A DNA stretch of 37,313 bases from a virus, in the IMG/VR virus record IMGVR_UViG_3300028549_002563. One strand, given 5' to 3'. The stretch's first letter is position 1; each line of letters opens with the position of its first letter. This document shows positions 1-8,915 of this stretch, in pieces. The position numbers and the translations under genes are program-made. Under the pieces are notes generated by a model. The model had not been told where the DNA came from. It did no database searches and worked only from the letters and a program-made list of their open reading frames with translations.

Positions 1-221
1 TATTGCTGATTATAACGCTAAAACTAATTTAATACATAAAGCTTTATCATTTAAAGATGAAGAAACTGCTAAAAACTATATTTTTTTAAACATAAATAAA
101 GAAAATTATATAAATTTTAAATTAATTCCTATTATTTAACATTTCTTATTTCCATTTTTAACATTAACTTTTAATTTTATGTTAATATTCTTCTGTTATA
201 AAAAAATGCGGAGGTATAACA
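1..221. repeat. Terminal redundancy, exact copy of 37093-37313 (circular overlap or direct terminal repeat)
   Basis: Read directly. The window starts tattgctgattataacgc and the same string starts at 37093. Identity runs to the last base (gaggtataaca = 211-221 = 37303-37313). Confidence 0.95.
143..188 (+). promoter_or_regulatory. Candidate early promoter preceded by conserved 13-mer TTCTTATTTCCAT
   Basis: 13-mer at 143-155. TTAACA at 158-163, then 17-19 nt to GTTAAT/TTAATA/TAATAT (181-188). Lies upstream of the ORF starting at 224. Confidence 0.5.
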
Positions 222-223
222 CT

Positions 224-472
224 ATGAAAAACACAAAATTAACAAATGACATAATAAATGTCATAAATGCTTTCACTGAATTATCTAAAAATAATTTAAA
301 TGAATTAAATGAAAAAGAAGTATTATCTTTAAAAGAAGATTTACAATTTTTTGAAAATTGTCTTATAGGTATCTATCATGAATTAAATAAAAAAGAATTT
401 AAAGAAGATTATAAAGTTCCAGAAAAAATAGAACTTAATTATTTTAAAAATTATGAAGGTGCTACAAAATGA
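224..472 (+). CDS. Hypothetical early protein (82 aa from the SD-supported ATG)
   Basis: ORF track 179-472. The in-frame ATG at 224 follows GGAGG (210-214), so I prefer 224 as the start. Confidence 0.75.
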   Translation: MKNTKLTNDIINVINAFTELSKNNLNELNEKEVLSLKEDLQFFENCLIGIYHELNKKEFKEDYKVPEKIELNYFKNYEGATK

Positions 473-624
473 AAACAAAATATGAAGTTAGATATATTAA
501 CAGTATGCTTGGCTATGGAGTTTATGCTTATAAAAGAAAAGATAAAAAAGTATGTATCGAGTCTTTATTTAAAGATGGAGATGAAGCTCTTCAATATATA
601 AAAGATATTCAAATATCTAATTAA
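469..624 (+). CDS. Small hypothetical protein, 51 aa (MKTKYEVRYINSMLGYGVYAYKRKDKKVCIESLFKDGDEALQYIKDIQISN)
   Basis: Below the ORF-track size cutoff. Its ATG overlaps the upstream stop as ATGA (469-472). I translated the open frame to TAA at 622-624 by hand. Confidence 0.55.
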   Translation: MKTKYEVRYINSMLGYGVYAYKRKDKKVCIESLFKDGDEALQYIKDIQISN

Positions 625-646
625 CTAAATAGGATATTTTAATATC

Positions 647-1621
647 CTACAACCCAAATTCTTTTTCCAACTCTCTTAAAGTAAAAAATCTTCCATCATC
701 ATTAATAAAATCTGTTATTTTATATTTTCCACTTTTATATAATTCAAATCTTTTCGGTCCCATTAATTTTTCAGCAGTCAAAGGATTACGTTTTAAAAAA
801 CTGTCAAATGATGTATTAGTTTTAACTTGTTGTCCTCCTTCATCTCCTGTTGCCTGTCTTGAATAATTTAAAGTATCTTCACTAACTCTTATTAATAAAC
901 TTCTACAATTAAAATGTCGAGGCGGTTTATCTGGAATATCAGAGCGTTTATCATATTTATCAGCAGAATAAAATTCTTTATCTAATTTAATACAAATAGG
1001 AGTTGTTCTGCTATCTAATGTTGCCAATGAAATCCACCCTTTCATATCTTTATATTTCTTTTCTGTTTCGTTTCTAATATTTTCTCTTACTGTTTTTGCA
1101 TAAGTTCTTACATTTGTTAAAACTTGTTTTTTAGTTAATTTAACTTGTAAATTGTATAATTGATTAGAAAATGATTTAGGATTTTTACCCTGTAAAAGAT
1201 TATCACTTAAAATAGTTTTAACTCTTTTTAAAGTTTGTTTATTTGCTGTTTGAAATAATTCTGAAAAATCATAACCGAAAATATTATCGTTTTCAGGATT
1301 AAATAAACCGTCTAATAGTTTCTTATCAAAATTTGTATTTAACATTTTACTTTCAGATGCTATAAAAGTAGCAGATATAACTTCCAGTTCTTTAATACTT
1401 TCTTCTTCAACAGTTAAAAAAGCTTCTGTTTGAACTTCTTCAATATATTTTAAAAGTTCATTTAATTTTTTCTTTGAATAATTAGTTGTATCTTCTGAAT
1501 ATAATTTAAAAAGAACTTTTTCATTTAAAGATTTTAAAGTTTCTTCAAATTGTTCTATTGAAATGTATTTATATTTTTCAAAAAAAATCTCTTGTTTTAT
1601 TTGTTCATCTATTTCTGTCAT
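647..1621 (-). CDS. Head morphogenesis / minor capsid protein, SPP1 gp7 - Mu F family
   Basis: Motif LDSRTTPICIKLD...PPRHFNCRS matches the remembered D.RT.P.H..L.G...PP.H.NCRC signature. Lies immediately downstream of the portal gene. Confidence 0.8.
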   Translation of the reverse strand: MTEIDEQIKQEIFFEKYKYISIEQFEETLKSLNEKVLFKLYSEDTTNYSKKKLNELLKYIEEVQTEAFLTVEEESIKELEVISATFIASESKMLNTNFDKKLLDGLFNPENDNIFGYDFSELFQTANKQTLKRVKTILSDNLLQGKNPKSFSNQLYNLQVKLTKKQVLTNVRTYAKTVRENIRNETEKKYKDMKGWISLATLDSRTTPICIKLDKEFYSADKYDKRSDIPDKPPRHFNCRSLLIRVSEDTLNYSRQATGDEGGQQVKTNTSFDSFLKRNPLTAEKLMGPKRFELYKSGKYKITDFINDDGRFFTLRELEKEFGL

Positions 1622-1646
1622 TTAAAATCTCCTCCTTTAAAAAATA

Positions 1647-3017
1647 TTATATTAATCTTGCTTGTTCTTCTTCTATTTTTTGTTTTTCTAAATCATAATC
1701 AGAAATATTTAAAACTTCTCCTTTTATTAATTCATCCCAGAAAGTATCTAATGAAATAAGGCCTGCATTTTTCATTGATATTAATTTATCTATTGTTGTG
1801 CTATCTAATGCTAAACTTTCAAAATCTTTATTTAATGTTAATGTTATATCTAAAACAGTATCTAAAAAATTACCCATAATTAAAAATGCTGTATTAAAAG
1901 CATCTTCTAAACTTGTAGCTAACTCTATTAAGAAAAGATTATTATTGCTATCTGCTATCTTTGCTTCTGTTGCTGTATTAAAACTTAAATTAGTTAAAAA
2001 ACTTAATGACATCTTATCTAATTTATCTTCTGTGTCTGATAAATTTTCTTTAATTTTATCAATAGAAGAACCTGTTATTTCTTTCCATTCAAATCCTTCT
2101 GATGTTTTATCTGAAAAACTTAAAGCTTTATTAATACCGATAGAAATTCCTTCTTTCTTTAATGTTTTCTTATCAAATTCATTTTGTGTATAAAGAACAG
2201 GAACAGGTAAAGCTGATAATTCAATTATATTATCATAAGAGCTTTGTGTATTAAAGTGTTTAATATTCATATACGCTAAATCTAAAAAAGGTATATCTGC
2301 TTCTAAAAATCCTGTTTTTGAAGAATAAACTGGAATAATCGGTATATAGTTTAGAGTATTAGTCCAGCTATCAATTATTTCAAATTCATTCTTTGTTTTT
2401 GCTTTCTTTTTAAGAATATAACCTTTTCCAATTTGCATAACAACATAAATATTATCTTCTTTTGTTGTAAAATCATCAACTTCAACTAATATAGATTGTT
2501 TAATTGTTATTTGTGTTAATTTTGCTATTCCGCTTTCATAACTTATTTTTTTATTAATAACATCTGAACGTTTAATATTCTTTAAAAACGGCTGAAAAGA
2601 ATTCTTATTTAAAACTGATACCGCTTCTTCTACTTTTTGATTATCTACCCAGATATACGATATTCCATCTATTAAAGAATTTTTAGATACTTCTTTAATA
2701 AATGAATTTAAACTTGACCCTTTTCCATCAATATTCTTAATGAAGTTTTCATTTTTAACTTTATAATCTATTTTTGGCTCTTTTCTTAATATTAAAGAAG
2801 CTAAATTATTAATACTTTTCTGAAAATGATTATATAAAGTAGAATATTTTAATCTGTTTAAATAAATAAAATCTTCTTCTAAATAGAATTGTTTTAAATA
2901 AGTTCTACCTTTCTTTTTTACTTCTCTTGTTCCTTTGTATAAATCATTTACAAATTCTAAATAGTTTTGATTATCTTTGTAATCATCATCTAAAAAATCT
3001 ACATTTTTGAAATTCAT
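1647..3017 (-). CDS. Portal protein
   Basis: 456 aa, located between terL and the MuF-like gene (canonical order). No motif independently recognised. Confidence 0.7.
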   Translation of the reverse strand: MNFKNVDFLDDDYKDNQNYLEFVNDLYKGTREVKKKGRTYLKQFYLEEDFIYLNRLKYSTLYNHFQKSINNLASLILRKEPKIDYKVKNENFIKNIDGKGSSLNSFIKEVSKNSLIDGISYIWVDNQKVEEAVSVLNKNSFQPFLKNIKRSDVINKKISYESGIAKLTQITIKQSILVEVDDFTTKEDNIYVVMQIGKGYILKKKAKTKNEFEIIDSWTNTLNYIPIIPVYSSKTGFLEADIPFLDLAYMNIKHFNTQSSYDNIIELSALPVPVLYTQNEFDKKTLKKEGISIGINKALSFSDKTSEGFEWKEITGSSIDKIKENLSDTEDKLDKMSLSFLTNLSFNTATEAKIADSNNNLFLIELATSLEDAFNTAFLIMGNFLDTVLDITLTLNKDFESLALDSTTIDKLISMKNAGLISLDTFWDELIKGEVLNISDYDLEKQKIEEEQARLI

Positions 3018-3079
3018 TTTTTTACCTCTTGATAAATTTTTGTTATTATAACATTTTAACGCTTTTAAAAGAAAACTTA

Positions 3080-4381
3080 TTATTCAATAAATAATTGTCT
3101 TCTGACTGGATATAATTTATTCACTAAATAACCCAATGCATCTATAATATGATCGTGTCCTGATTTCTTGTCTGGCTGTCCTGTTTTTTCATCATAAGTC
3201 TGTTGTTCTAAATTTTCTGTTAAAGTTTTACATTTATTAGTGTTAATAAATAATCTTCTTATTCCTTTACCGTTTCTAAATAAAGAATTAACAGATAAAA
3301 CCCTATCTTTTATAAGTGGATTAGATTTATCGCTTAAAACATTGAAACCTGCACTTTTTAATAATTGAATATCAGAAGAAGAAGCATTAACACTCTTTCT
3401 TTGATGTCCTGCTGCGTCTGTGCATAAATATAATTCAAAACCGTTATAATTCTCTTTTAAGATCTCGATCATTGATGGAGTATCAAATATCTCTTTTAAT
3501 TCTTCTACTATATATAACTCGTTGTCTTCTTCATTATGTATTGCTACAACTGCTGCCATGTGTTCAACGTTGAAGTCCATTCCTACATAAAGTTTTCTTT
3601 CTTGATCTTTATCTTTAAAAAACTTTTCTATTGTTAAAGAAGTATTACATTCATTTCTTTTAAAATTAACATAAACATTTGAAGCATTAAGATTAACAAA
3701 TTCTCCCTCTAAATAAGCTAGAATTAAATTCTCTGGATATTGTTCTAATAAATCATCTACATAAGTGGAAGGCAAAAATACATTGTTTTTAGTTTTACCT
3801 TTAATTATTTTAAATTTATCTTTATCTTTTGCTTTTGCCCATTTTTCATAAACAAATTTAAACCCTTCTGGCGTTGTTGTTATAAATCCTGTATTTAATG
3901 CATTGAAAGGTTTTAATAAACGATTTCTTGCTGTAATCTTTTCAAATACCGATTTTGCCTTATCTTTTTTTAAAGTATCTAATTCATCAATCCAGAAATC
4001 GGCGTGTTCATAACCGATTATTTTGTCATCGTTATCTAAACTTCTAAAAATTATTTTAGCATTAAACTTTGGAATTATCAAAATCTTATCAGTTTTATTT
4101 AAGCTGTAATCAATTTTTAAATTAGTTAATATAGTTTCAAATCTTGGAAATAAAATAACTTTAATTAAATCGTATGTCGGTTCATATATTCCAAAAACAT
4201 ATTCACCCATATTATTTTCTCTGAAAAGGTTTCCAAAAGTTTTAATATAGTGTAGTGTTCTATATATTCCGCTTTCTGTTTTTCCTGCTCCATAACCTGC
4301 AACTAATGCAGGATATTGTGCTGTGCAATGTAAAAGCTCTAATTGATGTTCTAATAATTTTATTTTTGCTTTTACTTTCAT
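3080..4381 (-). CDS. terL: Terminase large subunit
   Basis: Walker A-like VAGYGAGKTESG and Walker B-like DFWIDELD. The C-terminal half has acidic nuclease-type residues (GMDFN, DAAG, HIIDALGY). Position is after terS. Confidence 0.85.
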   Translation of the reverse strand: MKVKAKIKLLEHQLELLHCTAQYPALVAGYGAGKTESGIYRTLHYIKTFGNLFRENNMGEYVFGIYEPTYDLIKVILFPRFETILTNLKIDYSLNKTDKILIIPKFNAKIIFRSLDNDDKIIGYEHADFWIDELDTLKKDKAKSVFEKITARNRLLKPFNALNTGFITTTPEGFKFVYEKWAKAKDKDKFKIIKGKTKNNVFLPSTYVDDLLEQYPENLILAYLEGEFVNLNASNVYVNFKRNECNTSLTIEKFFKDKDQERKLYVGMDFNVEHMAAVVAIHNEEDNELYIVEELKEIFDTPSMIEILKENYNGFELYLCTDAAGHQRKSVNASSSDIQLLKSAGFNVLSDKSNPLIKDRVLSVNSLFRNGKGIRRLFINTNKCKTLTENLEQQTYDEKTGQPDKKSGHDHIIDALGYLVNKLYPVRRQLFIE

Positions 4382-4482
4382 AATTCCTCGTTGTTATTGT
4401 TTAAATGTTTGTATATTTATAAGTTTTTCAACTTCTCAATATACAAAATAAAATGTAGTGTTTTTTATTTTGTTTTACTAAT

Positions 4483-4947
4483 CTATTTTACTTCTTCAAA
4501 TTCAAAATCAACAACTTCTATTTTATTATCTGTTTCTATTCTTTCTATATATCCTCTGCTTTTACCTATTGTTTTTAAATAAAACATAATAGCTAATTGA
4601 TTTCCTTTTAATATATTTTTTTGTAATTGACTTTCAACTACGTCTATTTGTGATTCTTTTACTTCTCTTACCGCTTCTGCGAAGTATTGATTATTATCTA
4701 CCCAGTTATAAAATGTTTGTCTTGATTTACCGCCTGCACTTCTTAAAGCGTGTGCTATATTTGCTAAATTACTTTCATAAAAAGCTAAAAATATTATTTG
4801 TTCTAATTTAATTTTTTCTTGTTCGTATAAATAATAAAAAGAACATTCTTCTATTAGTTTTTTTACTTTATCAGAAGGTTCTAATTTTGTTTTTTCTTTT
4901 TTTATTACTTCTTTTTTAATAACTTGTGATTTAGCTTTCTTTTCCAT
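4483..4947 (-). CDS. terS: Terminase small subunit (HTH type)
   Basis: SRQTFYNWVDNNQYFAEAV resembles the terS HTH plus conserved helix. Lies directly upstream of terL. Start moved from 4959 to the ATG at 4947, which follows GAGGT. Confidence 0.7.
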   Translation of the reverse strand: MEKKAKSQVIKKEVIKKEKTKLEPSDKVKKLIEECSFYYLYEQEKIKLEQIIFLAFYESNLANIAHALRSAGGKSRQTFYNWVDNNQYFAEAVREVKESQIDVVESQLQKNILKGNQLAIMFYLKTIGKSRGYIERIETDNKIEVVDFEFEEVK

Positions 4948-5341
4948 TGAATACCTCATTTAATAATCTTTCAGTATAATACAACACTTTTACTAATTCT
5001 TTTTCAAGTTTTACCTTTTTTAATCTATCAAGTTTATCAATTATTTCTATATTCTCATAACAATATAATAAAGATGTATGACATCCTCTTATGTCAAATT
5101 TAGTTATATTTCTAAACTCTTCTATTTCTGTTTTAAAACTATCAAGAACTTTAATAAAGAAAAGTCTATATTTTTCAATATTCTTTTTAGTTTCTAAATC
5201 TTGTTGTATTTTTGCTTTTGCTACATTTTTATTAAATTTTTGATGTAGTGTATAAACGTGAAGAGATAAACTATCTATATCATATTCATAAACTTCTAAA
5301 CATTCATCAAATAAATCGTCTATTGATATTTTATCTGACAT
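4931..5341 (-). CDS. Hypothetical protein
   Basis: ORF track only; co-directional and tightly packed with its neighbours. Confidence 0.6.
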   Translation of the reverse strand: MSDKISIDDLFDECLEVYEYDIDSLSLHVYTLHQKFNKNVAKAKIQQDLETKKNIEKYRLFFIKVLDSFKTEIEEFRNITKFDIRGCHTSLLYCYENIEIIDKLDRLKKVKLEKELVKVLYYTERLLNEVFNGKES

Positions 5342-5343
5342 CG

Positions 5344-5712
5344 TTATTTTACCTCTTTATTTGTTGAATTGTTATCTTTATTAAAAGCATCTATAATAGT
5401 TTTTAATATTAATCTATCTGTTTCATATTCCTTATTTCTTAAATACAAATTAAAAACATAATTTTTAATATTAAACTCATCTTCTACTTTCAATGGATAA
5501 TTTATTGATGGAACTTCTATATTATTCTTTTTAGTTAATAACTCATCATTAACTATTAACTTTTGCTTTACATAAACTGTTTTAGTTTCTATTACAGGCT
5601 TTGTAGAAGCACAACCTGTAAAAAGGATAAGAAGTATCAAGTAAGAAAATAAAAGCGTTTGAAGTGCTTTAAATTGATTTATAAAGGTTATTCTTTTATT
5701 ACTTGTTTTCAT
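5344..5712 (-). CDS. Outer-membrane lipoprotein, o-spanin candidate
   Basis: Signal peptide ending in the lipobox LFTGC (LILLILFTGCAST). Directly follows, and overlaps by 14 nt, a TM plus coiled-coil ORF. Confidence 0.7.
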   Translation of the reverse strand: MKTSNKRITFINQFKALQTLLFSYLILLILFTGCASTKPVIETKTVYVKQKLIVNDELLTKKNNIEVPSINYPLKVEDEFNIKNYVFNLYLRNKEYETDRLILKTIIDAFNKDNNSTNKEVK

Positions 5713-6106
5713 TATCTACATCTCCTTTTAAAACTTCAAAAAAATCTTTTAAATTAGTAGTTTTTTCTACTTTTTTAGTTAATTCAATTGCTTTCTCTTT
5801 TTCAATAATTTTATATTGATATACTATTTTTTGATTATTCTTTGCTTGAATTAATTCTTGCTCATAATAAGTTGTCATTCCAGAAAGTGCTGATTTAAAT
5901 TCTCTTTCTTGATTAGTTAAGTTTTGTTCCATTAATATAATCTTCTTTTCATTTTCTTTAATAGTTTCTGCTTTATTTTTGTTTGAATAATAAAGATAAC
6001 TAAAAGAGCTTATAATAACTCCTACAATAGATAAAATTATTATTAACTTATAAACATTAAAAGCAGGAAATGTAAAAGGGAAAATACTTTTAAATAATTT
6101 TTTCAT
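5699..6106 (-). CDS. Inner-membrane i-spanin candidate
   Basis: N-terminal TM segment (LIIILSIVGVIISSFSYLYY) followed by a charged coiled-coil-like region. Paired with the downstream lipoprotein. Confidence 0.65.
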   Translation of the reverse strand: MKKLFKSIFPFTFPAFNVYKLIIILSIVGVIISSFSYLYYSNKNKAETIKENEKKIILMEQNLTNQEREFKSALSGMTTYYEQELIQAKNNQKIVYQYKIIEKEKAIELTKKVEKTTNLKDFFEVLKGDVDNENK

Positions 6107-6132
6107 TTTATACCTCTTTGTTATTGTTTGTT

Positions 6133-6161
6133 ATTTTATTTATTTTTCTATTAAAAGTCAA
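6133..6161 (-). promoter_or_regulatory. Sigma70-type promoter TTGACT-N17-TAAAAT for the spanin-packaging operon
   Basis: Plus strand shows ATTTTA at 6133-6138 and AGTCAA at 6156-6161, with a spacer of exactly 17. Lies 27 nt upstream of the start at 6106. Confidence 0.65.
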
Positions 6162-6538
6162 TTTTATTTAACAAATAACGCTAAATTAATAAAAAAATAA
6201 CGCTAACTACTATAAAAATAACGCTACTTCAATTTGGCGTTATTGGCTTAAACGCCTATATTACGGGCTTTTAACATAAAAATAACGCTAATAACGCTAA
6301 TAACGAACTTTTTCAGGTTGCACCGTGAAAAATTATATAACATCTCTTTTAAATAGTATAAATATTTCTCACGATGAAAGTTGGATTATTAGCGTTATTG
6401 CGTTATTTTTATATAAATTTAATATAATAATAGTATAATAAACCCTATAAACAGGGCTTTACTAGGTCTTTTTAAAAATAACGCTAACTTTTATTTGGCG
6501 TTATTCTAGCGTTATTTTTGGCGTTTAGCGTTATTTTT
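6150..6538. repeat. R1: ~389-bp long direct repeat (partner at 32659-33047) packed with ATAACGC/GCGTTAT words
   Basis: Manual alignment at a constant offset of 26,509 with no indels. About 9 mismatches over the ~370-bp core 6167-6538. Forward ATAACGC at 6175, 6197, 6218, 6282, 6291 and 6478, with variant ATAACGA at 6300. Reverse GCGTTAT at 6237, 6392, 6400, 6498, 6509 and 6528, with variant GCGTTTA at 6521. Confidence 0.9.
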
Positions 6539-6613
6539 TTTATAATTTAATAAATTCTTTTAAATATTAACTATATTTTTAAATATCTTCTTATTACTAG
6601 TTAATAGAATAAG

Positions 6614-6659
6614 TTCTTATTTCCATTTTAAGCCTTTTCTATTAAATTTAATATATAAT
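6614..6659 (+). promoter_or_regulatory. Candidate early promoter preceded by 13-mer TTCTTATTTCCAT
   Basis: 13-mer at 6614-6626. TATATAAT at 6652-6659. Lies upstream of the ORF at 6684. Confidence 0.45.
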
Positions 6660-6683
6660 TTTGTTATATGGAGGTATAAAAAA

Positions 6684-6992
6684 ATGGAAATCGATTATTA
6701 TCAGTTATCAAAAAGATTAAATACACTTTTCTTATTTGAAGAAATTACAGGTTATTTAAAGGATGCTTTTAAAATATGTTTATTAAACTATGATAAAACA
6801 ATAGAATTCAAAAGTGAAGCACATCTTGAAAAGTTAGCTTCAATAACAATTAATTCTTTTGTTGAAAGAAGAGTTAATTTAAAAAGTAAATTTACAGCAA
6901 TAGAAAGTATTAAGAAAAATAAAGAAGAAGTTTTTGATTTTTTGCAATATGATTTATGGGAAAAATCTATTAATTTAAAAAAATATAGATAA
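6684..6992 (+). CDS. Hypothetical early protein
   Basis: ORF track; SD GGAGG 9 nt upstream of the ATG. Confidence 0.8.
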   Translation: MEIDYYQLSKRLNTLFLFEEITGYLKDAFKICLLNYDKTIEFKSEAHLEKLASITINSFVERRVNLKSKFTAIESIKKNKEEVFDFLQYDLWEKSINLKKYR

Positions 6993-6999
6993 ATTTAAT

Positions 7000-7045
7000 T
7001 TCTTATTTCCATTTTGGAAGATAAGAAAGAAAAATAATATACAAT
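7000..7045 (+). promoter_or_regulatory. 13-mer TTCTTATTTCCAT within a hairpin, followed by -10-like TAATAT/TACAAT
   Basis: 13-mer at 7000-7012. It pairs with GGAAGATAAGAA (7016-7027) as a terminator-like hairpin after the 6684 ORF. -10-like hexamers lie at 7035-7045. Confidence 0.45.
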
Positions 7046-7073
7046 TACAATTAATTACTTGGAGGTAATAAAA

Positions 7074-7469
7074 ATGCAAAAACTTAACACAATCTTAAAT
7101 TTAAGTAAAGGACTTGAAAACTCTACTGAAAAACAACAATTAGAAAGCTTTAAATGTAAATTCTTTTGTCAATTTGATTTACAAATTTTGGCTATGTCTA
7201 AATTTAGTTCTATAAGAAAATTAGTTGCATCTAATGCTAAAACACATAAAGATACTTTAAAATATCTTATTTTAAATGATACAGATATAAATGTAATCAT
7301 TGAAGCTATTAATAACATAAATGTCGATTTAACAAAAGAAGAATTAAAAGAAATTTCTAATTATTTTTATCAAGAAAAAGATATTAATACTTTTTTAATT
7401 GTTAATCAAGAACTAAAAAATAGAAATAAAAAAGCTTTATTTAATAAAGTTATAAGTTTCATAAAATAA
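7074..7469 (+). CDS. Hypothetical early protein (short LRV/HEAT-like repeat pattern)
   Basis: ORF track 7059-7469. The ATG at 7074 follows GGAGG. The SSIRKLVASNAKTHKDTLKYLILNDTDINVI pattern resembles leucine-rich-repeat-variant units (weak). Confidence 0.75.
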   Translation: MQKLNTILNLSKGLENSTEKQQLESFKCKFFCQFDLQILAMSKFSSIRKLVASNAKTHKDTLKYLILNDTDINVIIEAINNINVDLTKEELKEISNYFYQEKDINTFLIVNQELKNRNKKALFNKVISFIK

Positions 7470-7489
7470 ATAAAAAGGAGAATAAAAAA

Positions 7490-7819
7490 ATGAAAAAAAT
7501 GTATGATGTAAAAATGAAAGGAACGTTGGCTTATTTATATAAAGAAATCTTTAAAAGTGATTTACTTTTTTATAAAAATTTAATTGGAATGGAAACAGAA
7601 AGAAAATCAGTTAAAGAAAGTGATAATAATACTTATTGCTTTAAAATTGTTGATATTAAAAAAGTTTCTGGGAAATATAAAGCTGTTATTAAACAAAATT
7701 ATAAAGATTATATTTGTTATTTAGAAAATGGAGATACTGAAAGCAATATTATCCATAAAATATATGATATAAATATTGATGAAGCATTAAAATTCTTTAA
7801 TGTTGAAAGAATAAGTTAA
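7490..7819 (+). CDS. Hypothetical early protein
   Basis: ORF track; SD AAGGAGA upstream. Confidence 0.8.
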   Translation: MKKMYDVKMKGTLAYLYKEIFKSDLLFYKNLIGMETERKSVKESDNNTYCFKIVDIKKVSGKYKAVIKQNYKDYICYLENGDTESNIIHKIYDINIDEALKFFNVERIS

Positions 7820-7829
7820 ATTCTTTACA

Positions 7830-7875
7830 TTCTTATTTCCATAATAAGAATGTTTTCTAAAATCTGTTGTAATAT
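7830..7875 (+). promoter_or_regulatory. 13-mer TTCTTATTTCCAT in a perfect hairpin, followed by TGTTGTAATATT
   Basis: 13-mer at 7830-7842. CATTCTTATT (7828-7837) pairs with AATAAGAATG (7843-7852). TGTTGTAATATT at 7865-7876 is identical to the box at 8811-8822. Confidence 0.5.
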
Positions 7876-7942
7876 TTTAAAAGTTTTAATTTAGTCGTTT
7901 AAAACTTCTTAAATAATATAATAAAGACTAGGAGATAAAAAA

Positions 7943-8743
7943 ATGCCATACACATATATATCAAGTTTATTTCAACATTTCGATGAAATCAATGAAATTA
8001 CAACTAAAACAACAACAATAAAAGTTTTTGAAGATAGATTTTTTCTTTTACAAGAAAATAACTTTGAAGAATGTTTTTTAAATTTAGATGAATTACAATC
8101 TAATATTATGTATATTACATATATATTAGATGATAAAAAACAAATAAATAAAATATTTTTAAATAATGTTTTTATTGATAGATTTAATATTATAAGACCC
8201 ACTGTTTTTAACTATTTAAAAGTTGTTTCAGATCATAAAATAGTTTTTATAGATTTCTTTAATTTAAACAAAACTGAATTAAGAAAAATTATTAAAAACA
8301 TTTCTTCTTATTCAATAGATAAAATATTAAAAATTCAAAATACAAATACATTTATGTATTATTTTATTGAAGAAATAGTTAAGCTTCAATTTGAATATTA
8401 TGAATTAGATTATAAGTTTTATTCAAAATTTAAAAAACAAATGAAGAATAATATAAATGAAATGTTATATTTTTCTTTTAAAAATGATTATAACAGTGAT
8501 GAAGAAATAAGATTAAACAAAATGTTAATATCTGATATTGTTGAATTTGTTAATGAATATTCAAGAATTTTCTCTATATCTAAAAAAGGTTTAATAAATA
8601 AAGAAATAATTGAAGATATAAAAAAAGATGAATTAGATTATGTTGAATTTCTAGGAATGAATTTAGATTTTGAAATAGTTATAGTTAGAACTGTTTTAAA
8701 ATTAAATAATATTTTATTTGAAAAGAATAATATACCTTTTTAA
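7943..8743 (+). CDS. Hypothetical early protein, 266 aa
   Basis: ORF track; SD GGAGA upstream. No recognisable motif. Confidence 0.8.
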   Translation: MPYTYISSLFQHFDEINEITTKTTTIKVFEDRFFLLQENNFEECFLNLDELQSNIMYITYILDDKKQINKIFLNNVFIDRFNIIRPTVFNYLKVVSDHKIVFIDFFNLNKTELRKIIKNISSYSIDKILKIQNTNTFMYYFIEEIVKLQFEYYELDYKFYSKFKKQMKNNINEMLYFSFKNDYNSDEEIRLNKMLISDIVEFVNEYSRIFSISKKGLINKEIIEDIKKDELDYVEFLGMNLDFEIVIVRTVLKLNNILFEKNNIPF

Positions 8744-8774
8744 ATAAAAAATAAGGAAAAAGAAATTTTTTTAT

Positions 8775-8820
8775 TTCTTATTTCCATAATTAACATTTCT
8801 TTTTAAGAATGTTGTAATAT
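8775..8820 (+). promoter_or_regulatory. Candidate early promoter: 13-mer, TTAACA-N17-TGTAAT
   Basis: 13-mer at 8775-8787. TTAACA at 8790-8795, spacer 17, TGTAAT at 8813-8818, preceded by TGt (extended -10 style). Confidence 0.55.
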
Positions 8821-8871
8821 TCTCTTAAATATTGATACAAAACTTTTTAGAAAGTTTTATATCAGTATTTG

Positions 8872-8880
8872 AAGTCGTCG
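8872..8880 (+). promoter_or_regulatory. AAGTCGTCG word (copy A) in the leader of the primase-helicase gene
   Basis: Read directly. Starts 44 nt upstream of the ATG at 8916. The next 12 nt (CTTTAATACTAG) are near-identical to copy B. Confidence 0.5.
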
Positions 8881-8915
8881 CTTTAATACTAGAAAAAAAT
8901 ACGGAGATAAATAAA

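Noticed and set aside
1-221. The 221-bp end duplication as a biological direct terminal repeat
   Set aside because: Not rejected outright, but not claimed. An exact overlap at contig ends is the usual signature of a circular assembly. It cuts through an ORF (37037-37231) and an early promoter rather than lying in a dedicated non-coding end region.
1798-2193. 131-aa plus-strand ORF inside the portal gene
   Set aside because: Lies entirely antisense to a longer, syntenically sensible minus-strand ORF. It has a low-complexity Lys/Ser/Leu composition typical of shadow frames in AT-rich DNA, and no SD.
4391-4582. 63-aa plus-strand ORF between terL and terS
   Set aside because: Overlaps the 3' end of terS in antisense. 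Its hydrophobic junk composition comes from the AT-rich reverse frame.
6150-6538. Possible CRISPR array, because of the many short repeats
   Set aside because: The repeat unit is only 7-11 nt, spacing is irregular (2-90 nt) and both orientations occur. There are no cas genes. The region does not have repeat-spacer architecture.
7972-8202. 76-aa minus-strand ORF inside the 7943-8743 gene
   Set aside because: Shadow ORF antisense to a longer gene that has a proper SD.
8877-8890. Resemblance of TCGCTTTAA to the T4 MotA box (TGCTTtA)
   Set aside because: There is a one-base difference in the core. Spacing to any -10-like hexamer is inconsistent among copies (8 nt in copy B, against the 11-13 expected). 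No motA/asiA-like genes are recognisable.
8832-8915. 28-codon N-terminal extension of the primase-helicase ORF given in the track
   Set aside because: The track start is not an ATG and lies inside the predicted promoter/leader. The ATG at 8916 has a well-spaced GGAGA.
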